A model generated the notes under the pieces. That model was given only the letters and a program-made list of their open reading frames with translations. It did no database searches and was not told the DNA's origin. From NCBI GenBank assembly GCA_043819795.1, contig JBDREN010000190.1, positions 1 to 62,375 on the forward strand: 62,375 nt of DNA, in the 5' to 3' direction. Every line of letters starts with the position of its first letter. Within the stretch, counting starts at the first letter, position 1. A program made the position numbers and the translations under genes. Positions 44,943-54,239 of the stretch are shown piece after piece. Source of the stretch: Elusimicrobiota bacterium. Lineage in GTDB: Bacteria; Elusimicrobiota; Elusimicrobia; UBA1565.

Positions 44943-47225
44943 CTACTTCGTGGTCGCCGTGAAGACGCCGTCCCAATCGGGGCCGGGCGGCTGCGCCTTA
45001 CAGGCCTCGACGCGCATCGAGTAGAGGTCGTAGAGCTTCCCGAGCGGGAAGCCGGACTCGCGGCAGTCGGCGATGAGCGCATCGGTCTCGTCCCACCTCT
45101 GGGCGCGGTAGGCCTCGATCATCGCCGCGTGCCTCTCGGCGAGCGTCCGGAACTCCCCTGTTGCGGCCGTCTCCGCGCCGCCGAGCAGCGCGTAGATGCG
45201 CACCGGCACGGTCTTTCCCTTGACGCGGATGAGGTCGAGCTCCAGCGTCGCGAAGTCCCCGGCGCACTCCCGGGTCTTGGAGCCCATCACGATGTCGACC
45301 CCATAGCTCTTCGACTGGCCTTCGAGCCGCGAAGCCAGGTTCACATCGTCGCCGAGCACCGAATAGTCGAAACGCTGGTCGGAGCCCATGTTCCCGACGC
45401 AGCACGGCCCCGAGTTCAGACCGATGCCCGCGCGGATCGGGATGAACCTCCTGCCCTCGGAGTCGGCCTCCTTCCTCCAGCTTTCGTTGAGCGCGCGCAG
45501 GCGCGCGCTCATCTCCAACGCGGCGCGGCAGGCGTTGGCGGCGTGATCGGGATCGTCGAGGGGCGCGTTCCAGAACGCCATGATGCAGTCGCCCATATAC
45601 TTGTCGATCGTCCCGCGCCGCTCGAGGACGATCTCCGTCATAGGCGTCAGATAGCGGTTGATGAAGTGCGTCAGGCCGTGCGGGTCGAACTGTTCCGAGA
45701 TCGCCGTGAAACCGCGTATGTCGGAGAACATCAGCGTCAGCGCCCGCATCTCGCCGCCCAGCACGAGCCTCGCCGGATCGGCCGCCAACTGCTCGACGAG
45801 GGCGGGGGACATGTAGCGGCTGAACGCCCCACGGACGTGCTTCTTCTCCGCCTCGCTCCGAAGGTAGGTGATCAAGGACGAGCATAGGTAGACCGCGAAA
45901 ACGGCCCCCGACGGGTAGAGAGGGTCCAGCAGCCAGCGCCAGACCGTGAAGGCGTGCCAGGAAATCCCGAAAGCCGCCGCGATGGCGGCGCCCCCGAGCA
46001 GCGCGCACCACGCCGCGCCGACACGCCGCATCAGAAGCATCAGCACGAGCCCGAAGACAACCAGATACACCGCCTCCACCCCGTCGGCCCAGTCGGGCCG
46101 GAGCAGGAACTCCTGGCGGATGATCTGCTCGGCGATCTGCGCGTGCACCTCCACGCCCGGGACGGCCCCGGACAGCGGCGTGGCACGCTGGTCCTTGAGG
46201 CCCGTGGCGCTCGTCCCGATGAAGACGATCTTCTGCTCCACCTCCCCGGGATCGAACCCATCCTCCAAGACGCGCCAGACGGGGATCAGCCGCTCCGGGC
46301 GGTGACCCGAATCGTAGAGCAGGACGGCGCCCTCCTCGTCGGTGGGGACCTCGAGATACCCGACCTTCACGCTGGTGATCCCCGTCCATTCGCCGAAGGC
46401 CTCCTCGCCGCTCCCCCCCGAGACCTTGACTTTGTACCCGCCCGCGCCCTGGCCCACGCGCAAGGACTCCGCGACGAGAGAGGGGTAGACCGTGTCTCCC
46501 AGCCGGTAAAGCAGCGGTATCCTCCGGTGGACGCCGTCGGGGTCGGGCATGATGCTGAAACTGCCGTTGCCGGCGGCCGCCCGCTCCAGCACCGACAGGT
46601 TGGCCACGGCGCCCTGGTATCCTCCGAATAGGAATTCCTTGGGGTCGTCGGTCGCGCCCTTCGTCGAGAACGCGAAGCCGGTCTTGGACGCCGGGCGGAC
46701 GCTGTTCGACGAGGTGGAAAGGGAGAAGCCCGTGACGACCGCCGCTCCCTCGAAGGCCTGGCCCAGCGTCTTGTCATGGTCCGGAAGGGTCCGGAGCCTC
46801 CGCCGCAGGTCGGCGAACTCCCGCGAGCCCGCCAGAGACCGCGCCATCTGCGCGGGGGAGGTCCGGTCGGGCTCCGAGAAAACGATATCGAACGCGATGA
46901 CCCCCGCGCCCAGCTCCCCCAGCCGCCGCACCAAGCGGGCCACGAGCGTCCTGGGCCATGGCCACTGGCCGAGGCGGGTCAGACTCTCGTCGTCGATATC
47001 GACGATGCGGACCGGCGCCTCAGGATCGTAGGCCCGCGGCCGGACCCGCTGAAAAGCGTCGAACGTCCACCTGCGCAGGTCTTGAAGGACGGGTGAGTCG
47101 GCGCGCCATAGGCCGACCGCGCCGGCCAGCACCAGGGCGGGCACGAGGATATGCGCCCAGCGCGGCAACAAGCCGAGCTTGTCGAGAAGAGCCCGAGGGA
47201 TCCGCCTCCGGAGGCTTCCCAGCAT
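44943..47225 (-). CDS. CHASE2-domain class III adenylate/guanylate cyclase
   Basis: IVDIDD.SL...G.WPWPR, D.DG..RR, PGVE.HA, 3 TM, FSDIRGFT, DKYMGD, GD.VNLASRLEG. Confidence 0.95.
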   Translation of the reverse strand: MLGSLRRRIPRALLDKLGLLPRWAHILVPALVLAGAVGLWRADSPVLQDLRRWTFDAFQRVRPRAYDPEAPVRIVDIDDESLTRLGQWPWPRTLVARLVRRLGELGAGVIAFDIVFSEPDRTSPAQMARSLAGSREFADLRRRLRTLPDHDKTLGQAFEGAAVVTGFSLSTSSNSVRPASKTGFAFSTKGATDDPKEFLFGGYQGAVANLSVLERAAAGNGSFSIMPDPDGVHRRIPLLYRLGDTVYPSLVAESLRVGQGAGGYKVKVSGGSGEEAFGEWTGITSVKVGYLEVPTDEEGAVLLYDSGHRPERLIPVWRVLEDGFDPGEVEQKIVFIGTSATGLKDQRATPLSGAVPGVEVHAQIAEQIIRQEFLLRPDWADGVEAVYLVVFGLVLMLLMRRVGAAWCALLGGAAIAAAFGISWHAFTVWRWLLDPLYPSGAVFAVYLCSSLITYLRSEAEKKHVRGAFSRYMSPALVEQLAADPARLVLGGEMRALTLMFSDIRGFTAISEQFDPHGLTHFINRYLTPMTEIVLERRGTIDKYMGDCIMAFWNAPLDDPDHAANACRAALEMSARLRALNESWRKEADSEGRRFIPIRAGIGLNSGPCCVGNMGSDQRFDYSVLGDDVNLASRLEGQSKSYGVDIVMGSKTRECAGDFATLELDLIRVKGKTVPVRIYALLGGAETAATGEFRTLAERHAAMIEAYRAQRWDETDALIADCRESGFPLGKLYDLYSMRVEACKAQPPGPDWDGVFTATTK

Positions 47226-47269
47226 CGGCTAATTCTTCCTTAATTCCGTCCCGTGATGCAACCTGTCGG

Positions 47270-47410
47270 CCGCCCCCTTGTCAGCCGCCCCCCCACGGGG
47301 GGCGGCTCAAGTAGGGGGGGCGAGGCAATCGCCCCCCTACATGGGCGGCACCCCGCGGGGGTGCCGCCGACTCTCCCCGCGGGGGAGGGAAGCGTACAGG
47401 AGGGCCGCGT
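47270..47410. repeat. CCCC(A/G)CGGGG hairpin cluster in the divergent promoter region
   Basis: AGCCGCCCCCC.CACGGGGGGCGGCT (47283-47307), GGCGGCACCCCGCGGGGGTGCCGCC; same family as 25817 and 35165. Confidence 0.75.
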
Positions 47411-47493
47411 TCTTGACCCCCCCGCCAGATATGTGTCAACATTCCATTCTCGTCGGACGGACGCATAACGGCCGCAGACTCAAGGAGATCGCC

Positions 47494-48885
47494 GTGAACC
47501 GACTGCTGCGCAAGACAATTTTTCTTACGCTGATCGCCGGCCTCGGAGCGCCTTCTTTCGCCCAGGATCTGGATAAAGAGATCGAGCGCCCCGGATACGC
47601 GACCGAGTCCCAAGAGAATGCCGTCGAAACCGCCGGGGAGGCCCGCAAGCGCGAGACCGTGGAGGGCTCCGGAGAGATCACCTACGCCCAGATCCTCGAG
47701 GACCCGGACAACATCGACCTCAACTACCGCTACGCCAAGCTCCAAGTGGAGCGCGGGGACCTGCGCGGCGCCGTGGCCACGCTCGAGCGCATCCTGATGG
47801 TCGATCCGGCCCTTCCGAAGGTCCGCCTCTTCTACGCCGTCGTCCTCTACCGCCTGGACAACCTGCCCGAGGCGGAGCGCGAGCTCACCGCCCTCAGGAA
47901 GCTGCCCATGCCCGCGAGCCTGCTTCAGGAAATCGACGAATACCTCAAGCGGATCCGGAGACGCACCCGCCGCACGAACTTCGACGGAAGCCTCGGTTTC
48001 GGGCTCCAGTACGACGTCAACCGCAACGCCGCGCCGGCCACGGGCCGCCGCCTGTTCGGAGGAGTGCCCGTGCCTCTGACCACGGGCCTGCGGCAGGACG
48101 ACACCAGCGTCCTCCTCATGGCCGCCGCCCGCGTCGAGCACGATCTCGGCACGCAGGCGGGCCACAAGCTCTTCGGCGAGCTCAGCTACTACCGCGCCGA
48201 GCAGACCGCCGTGGACACGCTCGACCTGCAGGCCTACGCATTCCAGCTCGGCGCCGCTTTCAAGCGCCGCTGGGGCGACGTCACGCCGTCGGCGGTATTC
48301 GACCACATCCGCCTCTCCGAGGAGACGTACCTGCGCACGCGCGGGGCCCAGCTCCGCTACGACAAGAAGTACGACAACCGGACCGCCCTCTTCGCGCGAC
48401 TGCGGGTGGCGTTCCACGACTACATCAAGACCACCGACGTCCCGACGGCGACGGAGCGGACCGGGCACCGGACCGACTTCAGCTACGGCGGCAGCCACAT
48501 CCTCAACCCCACGATGCGGCTCGGGCTGGACCTCGGCTTCTCCCATCAGGACGCGCGAAAGGGCTATAACCGCTACGACCGCCACGAAGTGCGGGGGACG
48601 CACGCATGGCTGCTCGGCAAGGGCCGGTTCCTGCTCACCTCTATGACGCTCCATGTGGACCGGTACTCCGAGCCGGATACGGCCATCTTCAACCAGCGAC
48701 GCGCCGACGACACCGTCCGCTTGGGATCGACCTTCGGCGCCCCTCTCGGGCTCATCGCGCCGCCGCTCAAGGACCTGCTTTGGACGTTCACCTACGAGTA
48801 TTTCCACTCGAACTCGAACATCGAGAACTACGGCTACACGAACAACAAGGTGAGCACGATGTTCACCTATAGATGGGAGCTCTGA
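47494..48885 (+). CDS. TPR + outer-membrane beta-barrel protein (Slam/DUF560-like)
   Basis: AAGGAG RBS + GTG; signal peptide; TPR A...LERIL..P....RL; G..YD.N.N; alternating beta strands; aromatic C-terminus FTYRWEL. Confidence 0.75.
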   Translation: MNRLLRKTIFLTLIAGLGAPSFAQDLDKEIERPGYATESQENAVETAGEARKRETVEGSGEITYAQILEDPDNIDLNYRYAKLQVERGDLRGAVATLERILMVDPALPKVRLFYAVVLYRLDNLPEAERELTALRKLPMPASLLQEIDEYLKRIRRRTRRTNFDGSLGFGLQYDVNRNAAPATGRRLFGGVPVPLTTGLRQDDTSVLLMAAARVEHDLGTQAGHKLFGELSYYRAEQTAVDTLDLQAYAFQLGAAFKRRWGDVTPSAVFDHIRLSEETYLRTRGAQLRYDKKYDNRTALFARLRVAFHDYIKTTDVPTATERTGHRTDFSYGGSHILNPTMRLGLDLGFSHQDARKGYNRYDRHEVRGTHAWLLGKGRFLLTSMTLHVDRYSEPDTAIFNQRRADDTVRLGSTFGAPLGLIAPPLKDLLWTFTYEYFHSNSNIENYGYTNNKVSTMFTYRWEL

Positions 48886-48888
48886 CAT

Positions 48889-50145
48889 ATGATGAACAAG
48901 CCAAGGACTCTTGCGCTGGCCGCCGTGGTCGTGTTCGCCGCCGCGCAGGCGGGCTCCGCGGCCCTGACGCGGATCGGCGCGGCCGGCGGCGTCGGCGGCA
49001 AGGTCATCGCCCTCGCGGCCGAAGCCAACGCGGTCGGCCGGATCATGGCGAGCGGCAAGACCGTCTACCATAACGACACGATCTCGACCGACGGCACGGG
49101 ACGCATGCAGGTCATGCTCCTCGACGAGACCGTCTTCACTATCGGCCCCGACAGCGAGATGATCCTCGATAAGTTCGTCTACGACCCCTTCACGAACACC
49201 GGCGAGGTGACGGCCAGGGTCACCAAGGGCGTCTTCCGGTTCGTCACCGGCAAGATCGCCCGCAAGAAGCCCTCGAGCATGAAGGTGCGTCTTCCCACCG
49301 GCACGATCGGCATCCGCGGAACGATCGCCGCCGGGAGGATAGACGGGAATACCGTGATCGTAGCCCTGCTGGGGCCGGGCGCCGACAACAACGCGGGCGC
49401 CGCCCCCGGAGCCATCTCCGTGACGAACGCGGGCGTGAGCGTGCACATCACCCGGCCTGGTTACTACACGCGCATCGAGGGCCCGGGGCTGCCGCCGACC
49501 CCCCCCGCGCCCATCCCCCCGGGGCTGCTCGAGAAGCTCACCACGACCCCCCCTGCCGAGCCGGGGGGCGAAGACGGCCCGGGCGGGAAGGCCACGGCGA
49601 GCCGGGACGCCCGGCAGGATACGGCCGGGGCTCAGGGCGACCTCGCCAAGACCGAGAGCACCGGCGATCTGGAGGACAAGCTCCGCGAAGATTCCGAGAA
49701 CGCGGCGCACGACGCGGCCGAGGGCATCGCGGACGGTACCGCCAAGTGGGACGATGTCCGCTCCAGAGAGAGCGGCTCCGGATACTACTACGGCTCAGGC
49801 TCCTATGCCTGCAGCGGCACGTGCTCCGGGGGCGACGGCTCCATCAGCTTCATGGTGGACGTCAACTTCGCGGCGAGGACCCTGGGCGGCGGCAGCTCCG
49901 ATATATATCTCAACGGCGGGACCTTCAACACCCAGATGACCAACATCAACACGATAGGCTACGGGTCGCTGAGCGGCAACGCCGTCATCGTTTTGTCCGG
50001 CGGCAACCACACCAACAGCGCCTTCGACGGCTCCACGCTCACCATCAGGAACGCGGACGGGGTCGCGGCGGACGCCATGGACGTCTCGCTGTCCTACTCT
50101 TCCGGTGATACGGCCAGCGGCTCCGCGACCGGGAAATTCCAGTAG
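48889..50145 (+). CDS. Exported FecR-domain protein with C-terminal small beta-barrel-like domain
   Basis: D.I.T...G......D.T.F.IGP.S, KG.FRF.TG.I, GTIGIRGT; Gly/Ser-rich C-domain with VDVNFAARTLGG. Confidence 0.85.
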   Translation: MMNKPRTLALAAVVVFAAAQAGSAALTRIGAAGGVGGKVIALAAEANAVGRIMASGKTVYHNDTISTDGTGRMQVMLLDETVFTIGPDSEMILDKFVYDPFTNTGEVTARVTKGVFRFVTGKIARKKPSSMKVRLPTGTIGIRGTIAAGRIDGNTVIVALLGPGADNNAGAAPGAISVTNAGVSVHITRPGYYTRIEGPGLPPTPPAPIPPGLLEKLTTTPPAEPGGEDGPGGKATASRDARQDTAGAQGDLAKTESTGDLEDKLREDSENAAHDAAEGIADGTAKWDDVRSRESGSGYYYGSGSYACSGTCSGGDGSISFMVDVNFAARTLGGGSSDIYLNGGTFNTQMTNINTIGYGSLSGNAVIVLSGGNHTNSAFDGSTLTIRNADGVAADAMDVSLSYSSGDTASGSATGKFQ

Positions 50146-50173
50146 GGCAGGACGGGACCGGTCTCCGGCGCGT

Positions 50174-50205
50174 CGCCCCGCCGCCTGAGGATGGCGGGGC
50201 GATTT
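50174..50205 (+). terminator. Probable terminator hairpin after the FecR gene
   Basis: CGCCCCGCC...GGCGGGGCG followed by ATTT. Confidence 0.4.
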
Positions 50206-50218
50206 GCTAAAATAGGGC

Positions 50219-50596
50219 ATGCCCTTTTCCGACGACGCGGGCGCGCAGACCGACTCCCGTCCGTGGGGGCGCTACGAGATCCTCCTGGAGGAGCCGGACT
50301 ACAAGGTCAAGCGCATCACGGTCCTCCCGGGCAAGAGGCTCAGCTACCAGAAGCACGCCAAGCGCCGGGAGCAGTGGACAGTGGTCCGCGGCAAGGCGCT
50401 GGTGACGCTCGACGGCCAAGAGATCCCCTTGCTCCCCGGCGAATCGGTCAAGATCCCCCTCGGGGCGGCGCACCGCGTCGAGAACCCCGGCGGAGAGGAC
50501 ATGGTATTCATCGAGGTCCAGACCGGATCGTACTTCGGCGAGGACGACATCGTCCGTTTAGAAGATGATTACGGCAGGATAGACGGATCCTCATGA
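50219..50596 (+). CDS. Mannose-6-phosphate isomerase type II C-terminal cupin
   Basis: RPWG.Y, VKRI.V.PG.RLS.Q.H..R.E.W.VV.G, IEVQ.G.Y.GEDDIVR.ED.YGR. Confidence 0.92.
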   Translation: MPFSDDAGAQTDSRPWGRYEILLEEPDYKVKRITVLPGKRLSYQKHAKRREQWTVVRGKALVTLDGQEIPLLPGESVKIPLGAAHRVENPGGEDMVFIEVQTGSYFGEDDIVRLEDDYGRIDGSS

Positions 50597-50620
50597 CCCG
50601 CGGCCGGCGCGACTCTCGGC

Positions 50621-50689
50621 CGCTCCTCGCGCCTTGCCAGCCGGGCGCCTCGACGCCCAAAATTCATCCCCTTATTCCGTAACGAGCCC
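50621..50689 (-). mobile_element. Partial inverted copy (left arm) of the MITE-like element
   Basis: Reverse complement reads GGGCTCGTTACGGAATAAG..GGGCGTCGAGGCGCCCGGCTGGCAAGGCGCGAGGAGCG; TTA flank. Confidence 0.7.
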
Positions 50690-50822
50690 TTACCGGATGA
50701 TCCGGGACGCGCGCGCCTCTTGAGGCGGGAGCCATAATTTACGATACTGGGGGCAGGCCGCTCCGGCGGGGGCGGAATCGATCCCCGAACGCCGCCGTAC
50801 CGGCTCACATACGAGGTCTATT

Positions 50823-52031
50823 ATGAAATTCGCGATGAACAAGAGGCTTTCCGGGCTTCCGCCGTATATCTTCGTGCACCTGGGGAACCTGAAACGCAAG
50901 GAGATCGCGGCCGGCAAGGACGTGATCGACCTGGGTCAAGGCAGCCCCGATCTGCCCAGCCCGTCCTACGTCGTCGATGCCGCCCGCGAGGGAGTGAAAG
51001 ACCCGGGCACCCACGGCTATCCCGTCGCCAACGGGACGCCGGAGTACCGCAAGGCCGTCGCCGACTGGTACATGCGGCGATTCAAGGTCGCCCTCGACCC
51101 CGACAAGGAGGTCCTGGCGCTGATCGGCTCCAAGGAGGGCCTCGGCCACCTGCTCTCCGCCCTGCTCGATCCGGGCGAGGGCGTGCTCGTCCCGAGCCCC
51201 TGCTACCCGGCCCACTATAACGGCGTCATCCTGGCCGGCGGCGACGTCATCATCATGCCGCTCAAGGAGAAGAACGGCTTCCTGCCGGACCTCGACAAGA
51301 TCCCCGAGCGGGATCTCGAAAGGGCGAAGGCCATGATCCTGAACTATCCCAACAACCCGACCGGGGCGACGCTGCCGGACAACGCGCCGCTCGAGCGGGC
51401 GCTGGCCCTCGCCGAGAAGCACGGCTTCCTGGTGATCTACGACAACGCCTACTCGGAGATGACGTTCGACGACTACGTCGCTCCCTCGATCCTCCAGCTC
51501 CCCGGGGCGAAGGACCACGCCATCGAGTTCCACTCGGTCTCGAAGAGCTTCTCGATGGCCGGCTGGCGCCTGGGCTTCGCGGTGGGCAATCCGGAGGCGG
51601 TCGCCCTGCTCGGCAAGATCAAGGGGTTCATCGATTACGGCGTCCCCACGTTCCTGCAGCGGGCCGCGGTCTCGGCCTTGTCCGGCCCCGACGACTACGT
51701 CAAAGAGGCCCGGGCCACGTACCAGCGGCGGCGGGACGCGCTCGCCGCGGCGCTCGAGGAGATCGGCTGGAAGGCCCCTCTTCCGCGAGCTTCGATGTAC
51801 ATCTGGACGCGCATGCCCCAGGCCGCCGGCGGCATGAAGTCGCTCGAGTTCGCCGAGCGGCTCATCCGCGAGCAGGGCGTCGTCCTGTCTCCCGGCAGCG
51901 CGTTCGGCCCCGAAGGGGAAGGGTACATGCGCTTCTCTCTCATCCAGACGCCCGACCGGCTCCGCGAGGCCGCGGGGCGGATCGGGAGATTCCTCCAGAC
52001 GCTCAAGGGGGCCAAGAGCGCGGCCGCCTGA
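50823..52031 (+). CDS. PLP-dependent class I/II aminotransferase (LL-DAP aminotransferase-like)
   Basis: GSKEG, NYPNNPTG, D.AY, S.SK.F.M.GWR.G. Confidence 0.9.
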   Translation: MKFAMNKRLSGLPPYIFVHLGNLKRKEIAAGKDVIDLGQGSPDLPSPSYVVDAAREGVKDPGTHGYPVANGTPEYRKAVADWYMRRFKVALDPDKEVLALIGSKEGLGHLLSALLDPGEGVLVPSPCYPAHYNGVILAGGDVIIMPLKEKNGFLPDLDKIPERDLERAKAMILNYPNNPTGATLPDNAPLERALALAEKHGFLVIYDNAYSEMTFDDYVAPSILQLPGAKDHAIEFHSVSKSFSMAGWRLGFAVGNPEAVALLGKIKGFIDYGVPTFLQRAAVSALSGPDDYVKEARATYQRRRDALAAALEEIGWKAPLPRASMYIWTRMPQAAGGMKSLEFAERLIREQGVVLSPGSAFGPEGEGYMRFSLIQTPDRLREAAGRIGRFLQTLKGAKSAAA

Positions 52032-52038
52032 ACGCTCC

Positions 52039-53109
52039 ATGAGCAGAACGCCGCTGCGCCGCGTCGCCTCGGTCATGCTGCTGCTGGCCGCCGCTCCGGT
52101 CTGCCGCGCCGCGCGCCCTCTCACACCCCCGGCCCCGGAGTTCACGGAAGGGGCGGCATGGGTCAACTCGGCCCCGTTCACGCTCGAGCGCCTGCGCGGC
52201 CGGCGGGTCGTGGTCGTGTCGTTCATGAACGCCTTCACGCTCAACTCGATACGCACCTTCGAGCGGCTGCAGCGCTGGTGGGACCGCTACGCGCTCGACG
52301 GCCTCATGGTCATCGGGGCCCACACCCCCGACTACGACTTCGATCGCGACCCCCTGCAGGTCCGAAAGGCGGTCAAGCGCTTCGGGATCACCTTCCCCGT
52401 GCTGATCGACAGCGGACGCCTCCTCTGGAGCGCGTATGCCAACGAGGGCTGGCCCGCCCATTACCTCATCGACCACAAGGGGCGCATCATCCACGACCGC
52501 CTCGGCGAGGGACACTACGCGGAGTTCGAGCGGGAGATCCTGACGGCCCTTAACGATCTCAACGGGTACCGCCCGCCCGAGGCCTACCGGATCCCGAAGG
52601 ACCCCGCGCGCGCCGACTGCGGCGAATTCACGCGCCCTCTGTATCTCGGCGTGCGCCGAAAGGTCAAGATCCTCGAGATACGCCCGAAGAAGATCGAGCC
52701 CCTCGTGCGGGCGCGGGACGGGGAGGTCGCCACGCGGGGACTCTGGTCCTCGGAGGCGGAGGCCCTGCGCTACAACGGCAACCCCGAGAAGTTCCGCGAC
52801 GGCCTCAGGATCGTCTACCGGGGCGCCGAGGCCGTGACGGTGGCATCGCGCTTCGGGCCTCGTCCGGTCCGGCTCTACGTGAGGCAGGACAACCTCTGGC
52901 TGCACAACGGCAACGCGAACGCGGACGTCCGGTGGGACGAGAAGGACCGCAGCTACGTCCTCGTCGACGAGCCGCGTCTCTATTACCTGATAAAGAACGC
53001 CAAGAAAGGACGCCTCCATGAGCTGATGCTCTATCCGACGAAGAAAGGCATCGCCATATCCAGCTTCGAGTTCTCGGATCACTGTGAAACGGCCTACAAG
53101 CACCGCTGA
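52039..53109 (+). CDS. Exported DipZ C-terminal-like thioredoxin-fold protein lacking CxxC
   Basis: APEF....W.NS....L.G.VV, IG.HTP, W.AY.N..WPAHYLID..G.I....GEG.Y, PRLY.L. Confidence 0.82.
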   Translation: MSRTPLRRVASVMLLLAAAPVCRAARPLTPPAPEFTEGAAWVNSAPFTLERLRGRRVVVVSFMNAFTLNSIRTFERLQRWWDRYALDGLMVIGAHTPDYDFDRDPLQVRKAVKRFGITFPVLIDSGRLLWSAYANEGWPAHYLIDHKGRIIHDRLGEGHYAEFEREILTALNDLNGYRPPEAYRIPKDPARADCGEFTRPLYLGVRRKVKILEIRPKKIEPLVRARDGEVATRGLWSSEAEALRYNGNPEKFRDGLRIVYRGAEAVTVASRFGPRPVRLYVRQDNLWLHNGNANADVRWDEKDRSYVLVDEPRLYYLIKNAKKGRLHELMLYPTKKGIAISSFEFSDHCETAYKHR

Positions 53110-54232
53110 CCCGAGAGCCCCCGCCGACGCGCAGCAGGGCCTGCCCGCGTTCAGCCGGCAGCGCCTGGTCCAGTTCTTCTTCTTCGCCGTGTTCCTCTTC
53201 CTTTTCTGGCAGGTGGTGCGCATCCTGGCGCCCTTCTACGTGGCCCTGCTCGGCTCGGCGATATTGGCCCTGCTCGTCTACCCCCTCCATGAGCGTCTCG
53301 CGCGACGCATGGAGCGGCACCCGAGCGTGGCCGCGGGCCTCACGACGGCCGCCGTGGTGCTGATGTTCGTCATACCGGTGCTGATCCTCGGCTGGACATC
53401 CGTCAAGGAGACCGCCAAGGTCTACCCGGTGGCCAGGAAGTGGATCCACGAGACCGAGTACTTCCAGCACGGCCCCGACCTCTCCAAGCTGCCGCCCCGC
53501 CTGCTCTCGATCTGGGAGAGCGCCAGCGGCCTGCTCGAGGACTGGGACGTCGACCCCAAAGCCATCCTGCTGACGGGCCTCAATCAGATGAGCACGAACG
53601 TCACCGGCCTGGCCACGGGCGCGATCAAGAACACGCTTCTGCTGATATTCAACCTCCTGGTCCTCGCCTTCACCCTGTTCTTCTTCCTCCGGGACGGCCC
53701 CTTCCTCATCCAGCGCATGGTCGAGCTGGTCCCCATGGCGCCGCGCAACAAGGAGGCGGTCCTGAACCGCCTGCAGACCACGCTTTACGCCGTCATCCGC
53801 GGCGTTCTCGTCATCGCCATTCTCCAAGGCCTTTTGGCGGGCCTCGGATACGCGATGTTCCGCGTCCCCTTCCCGGCGCTCCTGGGCATGCTCACGTGCG
53901 TCCTGGCGGTGCTCCCTTTCATCGGGCCCGCGAGCATCTGGGTGCCCGTGGCCGTCGGCCTGACCATCAGCGGAGCCTACCAGCAGGCCATCCTCGTGTT
54001 CGTGTGGGGAAGCCTGGTGCTCAGCGTCGTCGACAATTTCCTTCGCCCCTTGCTAATCAGCACGGACGCCAAGCTGCCCGTCCTCATGATGTTCTTCGGC
54101 ATCATCGGAGGCCTCAAGGTCTACGGGTTCGCCGGACTCCTGATGGGTCCCGTGATCATCGCTCTGCTGCTGGCCTTCGTCGACATCTACCGCCGGGAAT
54201 ACCACTGGCTCATCAGCCCGGCCCACAAATAG
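53084..54232 (+). CDS. AI-2E (PerM/YdiK) family transporter
   Basis: FF.RDG, Q..L.G, P..G....W.P, DN.LRP, GG...G..GL..GP. Confidence 0.92.
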   Translation: MKRPTSTADPRAPADAQQGLPAFSRQRLVQFFFFAVFLFLFWQVVRILAPFYVALLGSAILALLVYPLHERLARRMERHPSVAAGLTTAAVVLMFVIPVLILGWTSVKETAKVYPVARKWIHETEYFQHGPDLSKLPPRLLSIWESASGLLEDWDVDPKAILLTGLNQMSTNVTGLATGAIKNTLLLIFNLLVLAFTLFFFLRDGPFLIQRMVELVPMAPRNKEAVLNRLQTTLYAVIRGVLVIAILQGLLAGLGYAMFRVPFPALLGMLTCVLAVLPFIGPASIWVPVAVGLTISGAYQQAILVFVWGSLVLSVVDNFLRPLLISTDAKLPVLMMFFGIIGGLKVYGFAGLLMGPVIIALLLAFVDIYRREYHWLISPAHK

Positions 54233-54239
54233 GAGCACT

